Positions 10,404-19,130 of a stretch of 64,000 nt of DNA are shown here, piece after piece (within the stretch, counting starts at the first letter, position 1; the number at the start of each line of letters is the position of its first letter). The notes below the pieces were generated by a model. It did no database searches and was not told where the DNA came from. It was given only the letters and a program-made list of their open reading frames with translations. Source of the DNA: Acidimicrobiia bacterium (lineage in GTDB: Bacteria; Actinomycetota; Acidimicrobiia; Spongiisociales; ZC4RG35); contig DATBMA010000031.1 of assembly GCA_036555105.1 (NCBI GenBank), forward strand, positions 1,325-65,324, in the 5' to 3' direction. The translations under genes were made by a program, and so were the position numbers.

Positions 10404-11344
10404 CGCTGGCGGCGGTGGCCCTCGGGTCCAACCTGGGGGATCGGCTGGGAAACTTGCGTGCCGGCCTGGCCGGGCTGCGGCAACTCGGCGAAGTCGTCGG
10501 GATTTCTTCTTTGTATGAGACCGCCCCGGTCGGCGGCCCTGACCAAGGCCCCTACCTGAATGCGGTGGTCACGCTGCGGACGGACCTTGGTCCGAGCGAA
10601 CTGCTGTCGGGCATGCAGCAGATCGAACTGGAGGCAGGGCGGGAGCGTCTGGTTCGCTGGGGGCCGCGCACCCTCGACCTCGACCTCATCACGTTCGGAG
10701 ACGAGGTGATCAACACCGGCAACCTCATCGTTCCGCACCCGCGGGCGCCCGAGCGGCGGTTCGTCCTCGAGCCGTTGGCCGAAGTGTTGCCGGAGGCTCG
10801 AGTCGACTCGGGCACGGCCAACGGACTGTTGGCGGGGGTTAGGCGTCAGAGGGTTGTCAGAGTTGCCGATGTGTGGGCCGCCGACCTGGCCTTCGCCGCC
10901 TCGGGACGGCCCTGGATCGTCGGCCAGATGCTCCTGGGCGTCGTGTGGGCTGTGGTGTTGGTCACGACCGGCGATCTCGACCCGGGATGGCTGGCTCGGG
11001 TCATCGGCCTGTTACTGGCGGCCGGCGGGTTCGGAGTGCTCGCCGGAGCGATACGGGCACTGGGCTCGGCCATGACCGTCGACCCGATCCCCCGCCAGGC
11101 ATCAATGGCAACCGGGGGCCCTTTTCGCTTCCTCCGCCATCCGACCTACGCGGGCGTGGTGGCGCTGCTGCTAGGGCTGTCGATCGCGTTTGGCTCGTGG
11201 GAGGCGGCCGTGGTCGCGGTGGGCTTCGCCTTGTTCTTCGACCTCAAGGCCAGAACCGAGGAGCGCTACCTGCGAATCCTGTATCCCGAGTACGCCGACT
11301 ATGCCGGGCGCGTTCGGGGCAGGCTGATACCTGGCCTGCCATGA
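10400..11344 (+). CDS. folK: HPPK (FolK) fused to an ICMT/PEMT-like membrane methyltransferase domain
   Basis: The N-terminus has LGSNLGDR..YETAPVGG..RWGPRTLDLDL..PHPR. The C-terminus has about 4 TMs with GPFRFLRHPTYAG..EERYL..YPEYADYAGRV. ATG 10400 overlaps the folB stop. Confidence 0.8.
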   Translation: MTLAAVALGSNLGDRLGNLRAGLAGLRQLGEVVGISSLYETAPVGGPDQGPYLNAVVTLRTDLGPSELLSGMQQIELEAGRERLVRWGPRTLDLDLITFGDEVINTGNLIVPHPRAPERRFVLEPLAEVLPEARVDSGTANGLLAGVRRQRVVRVADVWAADLAFAASGRPWIVGQMLLGVVWAVVLVTTGDLDPGWLARVIGLLLAAGGFGVLAGAIRALGSAMTVDPIPRQASMATGGPFRFLRHPTYAGVVALLLGLSIAFGSWEAAVVAVGFALFFDLKARTEERYLRILYPEYADYAGRVRGRLIPGLP

Positions 11345-11561
11345 AGGCTTCCTCCTCTCCGTGGAGGTAGCGCTCAGCCGGGCTGGAGCGCCGAGAGAGG
11401 GTGTGTGGCAGCGGGGACGAACCAACGAAGGAGGGACCGAGCGCCCGGCCATCGAGACCTTGGCGACCTCCAAGCTCTTCGAGCTCGGGACCTCAAAGAA
11501 ATTCCCAGACTTCTCTTGGCGTCCCCCCTTTTTTGTCTCACCGGCAGGATACGGTGAACAC

Positions 11562-12674
11562 ATGTTCGAATTGATGTCCGCCACCAAGTTGGATCTGGTC
11601 GAGAGCGAGCTCCGCCAGCTCGAAGCCGAGCGAGCACGCCTCGCCGCTCGCCAGGTCGAGCTGATCATCGGCTCTGGCGGACCGGCCGCTCTGATGCGGG
11701 GATGCCAGTCAGTGCGTGAGTGGCTGGCAGGACGGCTCGACCTCGCTCCGGAGACCGCTATCGCCCTGGCCGGTCTGGCCGAAAGGATCGGCACTCGACT
11801 ACTCGCCGACCTTGCCGATGGCTCAGTGAGCCTCGATCGAGCGATAGTGGAGTCGAAGCTGGAGGCTCTCACCGCCGATGCCGAGCAGATAGACCGATCC
11901 CGGCAGCTGGACGTGGGCACCGTTTCCCGCTTGGCGGCCCGCCATCGCCGTCACCGCCGTCTGGACGAATTGTCGGCTGCCCATGAGCGTTACCTCTCCA
12001 TCCAACCCAATCTCGACTTCTCTGCCTGGCGGCTGGCGGGCTTGCTACCGGGTGCTGACGGAGCTCTGGTCGAAGAAGCCCTTCGAGCCCGGGCTGACAC
12101 TTTCCCCGCCGCGCCGCCAGGCCTGCGTCCGAGCCCCGGACAGCTCAGGGCGGACGCCCTCGTGGCCATCAGTCAGGACAGCCTCGAAGGCAGCGGCGGC
12201 AAGGAAGGCCCAATCTCCTCCGCAATGATTTTCATCGACGCCAGCCTCGCGGCCCGACCCGGTCAAGGTGGAGAGCGTGGAGCCGAGGTCGAGGGTGGAG
12301 TCCGGGTGGGTCCGGGTCTGCTCGAAGAACTCCTCTGCAGCGGCAGGATCGGCGTCACCTTCTTCGACCAGGGACAGCCGGTGCGCACTCACCCCACGGT
12401 CCACGCCGTTCCGCCGGCCCTCAAGCGTTTCATAACCTTCCGCGACCACGGGGTGTGCACCGCCGATGGATGCCAGAGCCGATACCGCCTCCAGCCCCAC
12501 CACATCACGCCCCACCATCAGGGCGGGCCAACCACCGCCGACAATCTGACGCTGCTCTGCTGGTACCACCATCATGTGGTCGTCCACACCCACGGCTACC
12601 GGATCGATCCAGACAGCCATCCCCACCGCCGTCGGTTCCAACCTGCCCATCTCACCAGACCGCCGCCCGCCTGA
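11562..12674 (+). CDS. DUF222/HNH endonuclease family protein (REP13E12-like)
   Basis: The C-terminus has an HNH module (CTADGC..RLQPHHITPHHQGGPTTADNLTLLCWYHHHVVH) and the N-terminal half is Ala/Leu-rich. It interrupts the folK-to-panC synteny. The start is uncertain; the ORF is open from 11361. Confidence 0.75.
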   Translation: MFELMSATKLDLVESELRQLEAERARLAARQVELIIGSGGPAALMRGCQSVREWLAGRLDLAPETAIALAGLAERIGTRLLADLADGSVSLDRAIVESKLEALTADAEQIDRSRQLDVGTVSRLAARHRRHRRLDELSAAHERYLSIQPNLDFSAWRLAGLLPGADGALVEEALRARADTFPAAPPGLRPSPGQLRADALVAISQDSLEGSGGKEGPISSAMIFIDASLAARPGQGGERGAEVEGGVRVGPGLLEELLCSGRIGVTFFDQGQPVRTHPTVHAVPPALKRFITFRDHGVCTADGCQSRYRLQPHHITPHHQGGPTTADNLTLLCWYHHHVVVHTHGYRIDPDSHPHRRRFQPAHLTRPPPA

Positions 12675-12777
12675 TCGGGCCGCCCGGATCTGAGGTCTCG
12701 TAGCTGACCCGATCCCGGTTGGTGGCGTCAGGTACTCTCTTCCCAACGCCCGGTACCCCGAGAGGACTGGAGCCGAG

Positions 12778-13569
12778 ATGAAATCGTTGATTGTGGTCGG
12801 GCCTGGACGGGCCGGAGGGAGCCTCCTTCTCGCCGCTCAGGCAGCAACACTCGATGTCGTCGGGGTGCTGGCGCGTCGACCCGAAGCCGTACCTGCCGGC
12901 ATTGCGGTCCTTTCGTGGGACGCAGATCTTCCGGCGGCCGACCTCCTGGCGATTGCGGTACGCGACGGAGCCATTGGTGAAGTGGCGCGCCTTCTCGCCC
13001 CGCGGGTGGGGGCGTTGCGGTCGGCCGTCCACATGTCGGGAGCCATGCCGTTGGACGTCCTCGGCCCGCTGGTGGAGGCAGGCCTTCACGTCGGCTCCTT
13101 TCATCCGCTGCAGACGCTTCCTGATCCCCGGTCCGGTGCGGCGGCCCTACGTGGGAGTTGGGTGGCGGTTGACGCCGAGGAGCCGTTGCACTCCAAACTG
13201 GTCGATCTTGCCGGGCGATTGGGGATGAAACCGTTTGACCTGTCCGATCGGCACCGCTCGGCCTATCACGCCTCAGCTTCGGCTGCCTCCAATTTCATCG
13301 TGGAGTCGCTGGCCGTGGCGGCAGAGCTCGCCGAGTCGGCGGGCATCCCCTTCGAGGCGATGCGCCCGCTTGCCGAGCAGGTCGTGAGGAATGTGTTCGA
13401 GCTCGGGCCCGAGGCGGCGCTGACCGGACCGGTGGCTAGAGGCGATTGGGACACTGTGTCCGCCCAGATCAAGGCAGCGACAGATGTCTCCGACGAGCTG
13501 GGCGAGCAGTTCCGCCTTCTCACCCAGTCCATCATCCACCGGCGATACGGGCTCAGCTCCGATGACTGA
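12778..13569 (+). CDS. Rossmann-fold oxidoreductase, DUF2520 type
   Basis: The N-terminus reads VVGPGRAGGSL. Its conserved position immediately upstream of panC matches mycobacteria. Confidence 0.7.
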   Translation: MKSLIVVGPGRAGGSLLLAAQAATLDVVGVLARRPEAVPAGIAVLSWDADLPAADLLAIAVRDGAIGEVARLLAPRVGALRSAVHMSGAMPLDVLGPLVEAGLHVGSFHPLQTLPDPRSGAAALRGSWVAVDAEEPLHSKLVDLAGRLGMKPFDLSDRHRSAYHASASAASNFIVESLAVAAELAESAGIPFEAMRPLAEQVVRNVFELGPEAALTGPVARGDWDTVSAQIKAATDVSDELGEQFRLLTQSIIHRRYGLSSDD

Positions 13570-14449
13570 GCTCGTAACGACTTTCGGCGAGGTACGGCGA
13601 GCGGCAAAAGGGACGGTCGGCCTGGTCCCGACCATGGGCTTCCTTCACGAGGGCCATGTCTCGCTCATCGAGGCCGCCCGCCGGGAGTCCGATTCCGTGG
13701 TGGTCTCCCTGTTCGTCAACCCGCTCCAGTTCGGGGATCGAGCCGACCTCGAGCGCTATCCACGCGACCTCGACCGGGACTCAGAGATCGTGTCGGCGGC
13801 CGGCGCCGACCTCCTGTTCGCTCCGCCGCTCGAGGAGGTCTACCCCGCATCGGCGGTGACCAAAGTGACGCTGCCGGAAATCACCGCTCGCATGGAGGGA
13901 GCAATGCGTCCCGGCCACTTCGACGGTGTCGCCTTGGTGGTTACCAAGCTGCTCGCCGGTGTCCAGCCCGACCTGGCGTTCTTCGGGCGCAAGGACGCCC
14001 AGCAGTTGGTGATGGTCAGGCGCATGGCAGCCGATCTCGGGTTCCCGGTGGCCATACGGGATCTGCCGATCGTCCGTGAGGCCGATGGCCTTGCCCTCTC
14101 GAGTCGAAACGTGAGGTTGTCACCGAACGACCGGGCACGAGCTCTCGGTTTGTCCCGCGCCCTCATGGCCGTGGCCGATGCCGTCGATTCGGGGGAGCGG
14201 TCTGGCGTGGCCCTCGAGAGCCTGGCGCGAACTGATTCGGGCCTGGTCCTCGACTACGCCGAGCTGAGCTCTGCGCAAGACGCCGCCCGAGTGGAACATC
14301 TGACCGGTCCCGGTTTCCTCGCCGTGGCTGCCGGGGTTGGGGGAGTGAGGCTGATCGACAATCTCGCCATCGACTGGGTCGAGGGAAGCCCCCGCCCGGA
14401 CCGAGGGGTGAGGCTGGGCGGGCCATCCATTCTCTATCGGGAGCGCTGA
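13562..14449 (+). CDS. panC: pantoate--beta-alanine ligase
   Basis: Contains the signature PTMGFLHEGH. ATG 13562 overlaps the upstream stop. Confidence 0.9.
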   Translation: MTELVTTFGEVRRAAKGTVGLVPTMGFLHEGHVSLIEAARRESDSVVVSLFVNPLQFGDRADLERYPRDLDRDSEIVSAAGADLLFAPPLEEVYPASAVTKVTLPEITARMEGAMRPGHFDGVALVVTKLLAGVQPDLAFFGRKDAQQLVMVRRMAADLGFPVAIRDLPIVREADGLALSSRNVRLSPNDRARALGLSRALMAVADAVDSGERSGVALESLARTDSGLVLDYAELSSAQDAARVEHLTGPGFLAVAAGVGGVRLIDNLAIDWVEGSPRPDRGVRLGGPSILYRER

Positions 14450-14450
14450 G

Positions 14451-15209
14451 ATGCTGCTGCTGGTCGATATGGGCAACACCCACACCGTGGTGGGGCTGTG
14501 GGAGGGAGCCAGCATGGTCAAGCGCTGGCGGGTCGCTAGCGAGGCGCATCGAACGGCTGACGAGTTCCGGATTCTCCTTCGCTCTCTGCTCGAAGAGATC
14601 GATCACCAGCCCGAGGGGGCGGCCATCTCCAGTGTGGTTCCACAGGCAACCCAAGCTCTTCGCAACGCGGTGGCCTCGCTGGTCGCCGGGCCCGTAGTGG
14701 TGGTGGGCCCCGGAGTGAAGACGGGTCTGGCCATCAACATCGACAACCCCCGGGAAGTGGGGGCGGACCGAGTGGTGAACGCGATAGGGGCCGTCATGGT
14801 GCACGGCTCGCCGGTGGTGGTGCTCGACTTCGGCACTGCCACCACCGTGGATCTGGTGGGCGCTGACGGCTCATACCGGGGAGGTGCCATCGCGCCCGGC
14901 ATCGAGGTGGCGGCCGAATCGCTGGTTGCGTCCACTGCTGCCCTGCGCAGGGTGGAGTTGGTGGTCCCTCCTTCGCCGGTGGGGAAGTCGACGGTGGAGG
15001 CGATGCAGTCCGGCCTCCTATATGGGTTCGCTGGGCTGGTCGACGGCTTGGTCGAGCGGGTGCTTGCCGAACTGGGCACCGAGGCGCCGGTGGTGGCCAC
15101 CGGGGGGCTTGCCGATCTCATCATCCCGTTGTGCAAGCGCGGCACGACAGTCGATCAGGATCTGACGTTGCGGGGCCTGGCAGAGGTCTTCCGGCGCAAC
15201 CAGAGTTGA
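14451..15209 (+). CDS. coaX: type III pantothenate kinase
   Basis: The N-terminus reads LLLVDMGNTHTV and the fold is ASKHA-like. It lies directly after panC. Confidence 0.85.
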   Translation: MLLLVDMGNTHTVVGLWEGASMVKRWRVASEAHRTADEFRILLRSLLEEIDHQPEGAAISSVVPQATQALRNAVASLVAGPVVVVGPGVKTGLAINIDNPREVGADRVVNAIGAVMVHGSPVVVLDFGTATTVDLVGADGSYRGGAIAPGIEVAAESLVASTAALRRVELVVPPSPVGKSTVEAMQSGLLYGFAGLVDGLVERVLAELGTEAPVVATGGLADLIIPLCKRGTTVDQDLTLRGLAEVFRRNQS

Positions 15210-15211
15210 TC

Positions 15212-16018
15212 TCAGCCGACGGGGGCGAAGACCCGGATGTAGTCGATCATGCCGGCTCCCGCCTCCCCGCCGCCAGTGGCCATGTCGTCGATGAGGAACT
15301 GCACGACTGGCGGATCCTCGAACATCGCCTCTCCCAGCGGGTCGCGGAAGAACTCGGTTTCACGAGGGGCTGGGGCGGCCCCCATCAGGCCCATCGCGTC
15401 GGTCCGCCAGCGCTGTCGATTCCCGTCGACGAGCAGCGAAACCTGTGACCGGGCGCCATCCCGCTCGATCATGATCGTGACCGGGTCGTCGTTCACGATC
15501 TGCGCAGGGGTGCCGATCAGCTCCATCCGTCCAACACCGGCCTGCGGGTCGCAGCCCTGGGCGACGTCGGCCAGGTCCCCGCACCCGTTCACGAAGTAAA
15601 AGGAGGGTGTATTTCCCTTGATGTAGAAGCCGGAGTCGATGGAGAGGCTTTTGAAATCCACCAGCTTCAGCCAGCCATTGCCCACCAGGTTGGGCTCATC
15701 GATCCGAAGCCGCATCTCGATCATGTATGAGTCCGGCCGAATCGAGCTCTCGGCCAGAGTCAGGCCCTCGCCCGCGCCGAACTGATACCCAAAGCCCTGC
15801 AGGTGCCCTCCGTTGGGTTGGAGGTCGGGACCTCCCATGGAGTCGGCGTAGGTCCCGTTCAGTTGGTAGTCGTGAATGAGAACCCGGCCGCCGAGGCCGG
15901 CCAGTCCGGCGCATGCCGCAAGCGAGCCGGACATGAAGACAGCTGCGATAGCGATCAGATGAAGGGCTATGACTCTCTTCCCATTGGCAGGGAGGTCGTG
16001 CCCCAAGATCGCGTACAT
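15212..16018 (-). CDS. secreted/lipoprotein of unknown function (possibly LamG/concanavalin-like)
   Basis: Starting at ATG 16018 gives a signal with a lipobox-like SLAAC. The rest is beta-rich. The upstream part of the listed ORF (to 16258) looks non-coding. Confidence 0.5.
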   Translation of the reverse strand: MYAILGHDLPANGKRVIALHLIAIAAVFMSGSLAACAGLAGLGGRVLIHDYQLNGTYADSMGGPDLQPNGGHLQGFGYQFGAGEGLTLAESSIRPDSYMIEMRLRIDEPNLVGNGWLKLVDFKSLSIDSGFYIKGNTPSFYFVNGCGDLADVAQGCDPQAGVGRMELIGTPAQIVNDDPVTIMIERDGARSQVSLLVDGNRQRWRTDAMGLMGAAPAPRETEFFRDPLGEAMFEDPPVVQFLIDDMATGGGEAGAGMIDYIRVFAPVG

Positions 16019-16283
16019 GGCTGACGAACTCGATATGCACCAACGCCGCTTGTAAGCGCCTTGTAAGCAGCCTCGACCAGGCTTGGCGAGCGGGTGGCCA
16101 CAATGGTCGCGATCTGCTGGTGGCGAGTCCCGGACTGCAGACCACACCCGCCCGGCCCAGCTCCCATACTGTCGCCCGGTCGTGGGCGTGCGCCTGCCCG
16201 CTGTGGTCGAAGGAGTCGGCCAGGCCAGGGCCGCCGGCTGACGCCGACCATGATGCACTCAGGCTCCTGCTCCTCCTCCTAAC

Positions 16284-17771
16284 TTGGCCGAGATGTCCGA
16301 CGCCGGTGATCTTGCTTCGAGCCCATTGACTGCCGGTCGCCTGGAGAAGCACCACCCCGAGGCGGTGCCGTATCGCTTCGAGCGGAGCGACGTGGCGGCC
16401 GACCTCCACTCTCGGTTCGGTGATCTGGAGCCGGGAGGCGAATCGGGGGATCGGGCCTCCGTTGCGGGGCGCGTCATGCTGATGCGATCGTTCGGCAAGT
16501 TGGTGTTCGCCACGATTCAGGACGTCTCGGGCCGCATCCAGCTGCTGGCTGACCAGGCGAGGATGGAGGCTTCGGAGTTCGACGGCTTCCGGGATCTCGA
16601 TCTGGGTGACTGGATAGGGGCCGAAGGCGAAATAGTCACCACCAAGAAGGGTGAGCTCTCGGTGCGACTCGGCTCGTTCGTGCTGCTGGCCAAGGCGCTG
16701 CGCCCGCCACCGGAGAAGTGGCACGGCCTGTCCGACGTGGAGGAGCGGTCCAGGCACCGGTATGTCGACCTGGCGGTGAATCCCGAGGCCCGCAAGGTGG
16801 CGATCGACCGAACCCGGATCGTGGCTGAGATGCGCCGCCAGTTCGCCATTCGCGGGTTCATCGAAGTAGAGACCCCGGTGCTGCTGATCGAGGCCACCGG
16901 CGCCCTTGCACGACCCTTTGCCACCCACCATTCGGCACTGGACGTCGACATGTACCTCCACATCGCGTTGGAGCTTCACCTCAAGCGGCTGGTAGTCGGC
17001 GGGCTCGAGCGCGTCTTCGAAGTCGGGCGGATCTTCCGCAACGAGGGAATCGACGCCACTCACAACCCCGAATTCACCATGCTGGAGGCTTATCAGGCGC
17101 TGGCCGACTACCGCGACATCCTGCAACTGGTCGAGGAAGTGTTCTCGGCCGTGGCGACGGAAGTAACCGGCAGCACGACGATCACCTACAAGGGTGAGTC
17201 CATCGACTTGACGCCTCCATACCGGCAGGCCTCTTACATGGATCTGGTGTCGGAAGCGGTTGGCCAGGATCTGGGCCTCGCCTTGCCGTCAACTACGTTC
17301 GAAGCTCTGGCAGCAGCCAACGGGATCGAGGTCAAGCCGGGATGGGGGAACGGCCGTATCGCCGAGGCCCTCTATGACGAACTCGTCGAGCCTGGTCTCC
17401 GCCAGCCCACTTTCGTGATGGATCATCCGCGTGAGATATCGCCGCTGGCGAGGAGGCACAGGTCCGATCCGGATCTGGTTGAGCGATTCGAGTTGGTCAT
17501 CGCCGGGAGTGAATACGCAAACGCCTTCTCGGAGTTGACCGATCCCGTCGAACAGCGTGAGCGGTTTGAGGATCAGGCGGCGGCCAGGGCCATGGGCGAC
17601 GACGAGGCACATCCGGTGGATGAGGACTACTTGCGAGCCCTCGAATATGGCCTGCCGCCCACCGGAGGCCTGGGGATAGGGATCGACCGCCTGGTCATGC
17701 TGCTGACCGACAGCCACCACATCCGCGAGGTGATCCTCTTTCCGACCATGCGCCCGGAGCCTCGCACTTAG
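16284..17771 (+). CDS. lysS: lysine--tRNA ligase (class II)
   Basis: Has an OB-fold N-domain and class II motifs (FRNEGIDATHNPEFT, GLGIGIDRL). An alternative ATG lies at 16293. Confidence 0.9.
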   Translation: MAEMSDAGDLASSPLTAGRLEKHHPEAVPYRFERSDVAADLHSRFGDLEPGGESGDRASVAGRVMLMRSFGKLVFATIQDVSGRIQLLADQARMEASEFDGFRDLDLGDWIGAEGEIVTTKKGELSVRLGSFVLLAKALRPPPEKWHGLSDVEERSRHRYVDLAVNPEARKVAIDRTRIVAEMRRQFAIRGFIEVETPVLLIEATGALARPFATHHSALDVDMYLHIALELHLKRLVVGGLERVFEVGRIFRNEGIDATHNPEFTMLEAYQALADYRDILQLVEEVFSAVATEVTGSTTITYKGESIDLTPPYRQASYMDLVSEAVGQDLGLALPSTTFEALAAANGIEVKPGWGNGRIAEALYDELVEPGLRQPTFVMDHPREISPLARRHRSDPDLVERFELVIAGSEYANAFSELTDPVEQRERFEDQAAARAMGDDEAHPVDEDYLRALEYGLPPTGGLGIGIDRLVMLLTDSHHIREVILFPTMRPEPRT

Positions 17772-18346
17772 CTCTCGACCACCTTGGGGAGATCGGAGTG
17801 GGCTTGGTTGGCAGCTTCGATCGCAATGTCGAGGTAGTGGCTTGGCTCTCGCACATGGCCCTCGACCACGACCGACATCGCGATCCGGACCTCGTCACCG
17901 GCACCTGGTATTGCGCCCAATGCCACCCTCAACGCGGTCCTCAACCTGGCCGCCACTATCGGCCCGCCTGCCTGCTCGAACTCACGCATCACCGCCGCAT
18001 AGGTGGTCTCTTCGAGTCGCCCGGTGTCGTCGACGGCGCGGAGTGTGGCAAGCATCGTGTCCGCCACCGCCATGGCGAGATCATGCTTCTGTTCCATCGG
18101 GACGTCGCTCAATCCAGGGATCTGCACCACCAGGACCCCGAATGGCTCACGCCTGCGCTCCCACCAGAGGGCAGCGCGTTTGATCGATTCGATCAGGCCG
18201 TTGCGGTTCAGAAGGCCGGTGTCGACGTCGACCGGGATGAAGTTGTCGATCGTCCTTCGCAGGCGGCTGATCTCGTCGCGCTGGGAGCTCAGCTGAGCTT
18301 CCAGCCGTTGGAGCCGGTCGTCCGCGCCCGAACCGGGATCTGCCAT
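17768..18346 (-). CDS. coiled-coil + degenerate GGDEF-like domain protein (paralogue 1)
   Basis: Has the DTGLLNRNGL entry motif. The DxD/FK position reads VQIPGL and GGDEF is replaced by LEETTY. It is highly similar to 18432-19043. Confidence 0.65.
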   Translation of the reverse strand: MADPGSGADDRLQRLEAQLSSQRDEISRLRRTIDNFIPVDVDTGLLNRNGLIESIKRAALWWERRREPFGVLVVQIPGLSDVPMEQKHDLAMAVADTMLATLRAVDDTGRLEETTYAAVMREFEQAGGPIVAARLRTALRVALGAIPGAGDEVRIAMSVVVEGHVREPSHYLDIAIEAANQAHSDLPKVVES

Positions 18347-18385
18347 GAGCCCACGCTAGGACGTGAAAAGGCCCGGTCCCGGGAC

Positions 18386-18425
18386 CTCGAGACCGTGCGA
18401 CCGTGCGACCTCGAGACTGTGAGAC
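18386..18425. repeat. octamer tandem-repeat array B (5 units)
   Basis: Units are CTCGAGAC CGTGCGAC CGTGCGAC CTCGAGAC TGTGAGAC. It lies 6 nt from the stop of the upstream (minus-strand) paralogue and is preceded by the palindrome GGTCCCGGGACC (18375-18386). Confidence 0.85.
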
Positions 18426-18431
18426 TTCCGT

Positions 18432-19043
18432 TCAGCCGTCGATGACGCGGGCCCGGTCGAACAGGGCCTGCTCGGCAGCCTGGGAAGCGACGTCCAGATA
18501 GTGGCTCGGCTCTCTGGTGGTGCCCTCGACCACCACCGACATGCCTATGCGGAGGTCGGTGGCGACCCCCTGTTCTGTGCCGAGGGCGGTGCGAAGGGCG
18601 GTGCGGAGCCGTGCTGCCACGATCGGTCCCCCCTCCCGAACGAAGTCGCGGAGCACGGCGGCGTACGTGCTCTCGTTGAGGCGGCCGGAGTCGTCCACTG
18701 CGCGCAGGGTTCCGATCATCGAGTTGGCAACGATCATTGCCAGCGGTTGGCGCTTCTCGGACGGAGCGAAGGCGAGTCCCGGGATCTGTAGCACCAGCAC
18801 CCCGAACGGCTCCCGCCTGCGCTCCCACCAGAGGCAGGCCCGCTTGATCGAGTCGATCAGTCCGTTGCGGTTCAGCAGGCCGGTGTCGACGTCGACCGGG
18901 ATGAACGCATCGATCGTCCTCCGCAGCCGTTCGATCTCCTCCCGCTGGCTGTCGAGTTGCTCCTCGAGCCGCTCAAAACGGGGATCAGAAACAGAGTTGA
19001 GATCGGCCAGGCCCCCCCACCCGGCGGCTTCAGCCGCGGTCAC
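18432..19043 (-). CDS. coiled-coil + degenerate GGDEF-like domain protein (paralogue 2)
   Basis: It has the same architecture as paralogue 1, with GGDEF replaced by LNESTY. Confidence 0.65.
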   Translation of the reverse strand: MTAAEAAGWGGLADLNSVSDPRFERLEEQLDSQREEIERLRRTIDAFIPVDVDTGLLNRNGLIDSIKRACLWWERRREPFGVLVLQIPGLAFAPSEKRQPLAMIVANSMIGTLRAVDDSGRLNESTYAAVLRDFVREGGPIVAARLRTALRTALGTEQGVATDLRIGMSVVVEGTTREPSHYLDVASQAAEQALFDRARVIDG

Positions 19044-19130
19044 ATATCGAACATCGGAAAAAACCGGCCCGCGCCTGTATGGGACCAGGGAACCAGTGAA
19101 GGTGGGCGCGCGCTGACTAGTGCTGGGCTT

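Noticed and set aside
11361-11561. The upstream extension of the DUF222/HNH ORF was considered as coding.
   Set aside because: The extension lacks family-like sequence and contains the C6T6 run. ATG 11562 (MFELMSATKLD..) looks like the real N-terminus, although the start remains uncertain.
16019-16258. The upstream 80 codons of ORF 15212-16258 were considered as coding.
   Set aside because: The composition is Arg/Pro/Gly/Trp-rich and non-protein-like. ATG 16018 gives a normal signal/lipobox N-terminus.
15696-17126. A 476-aa minus-strand ORF lies antisense to lysS.
   Set aside because: The reason is the same as for 8715..10334. lysS on the plus strand carries clear class II synthetase motifs, and the antisense product looks non-protein-like.
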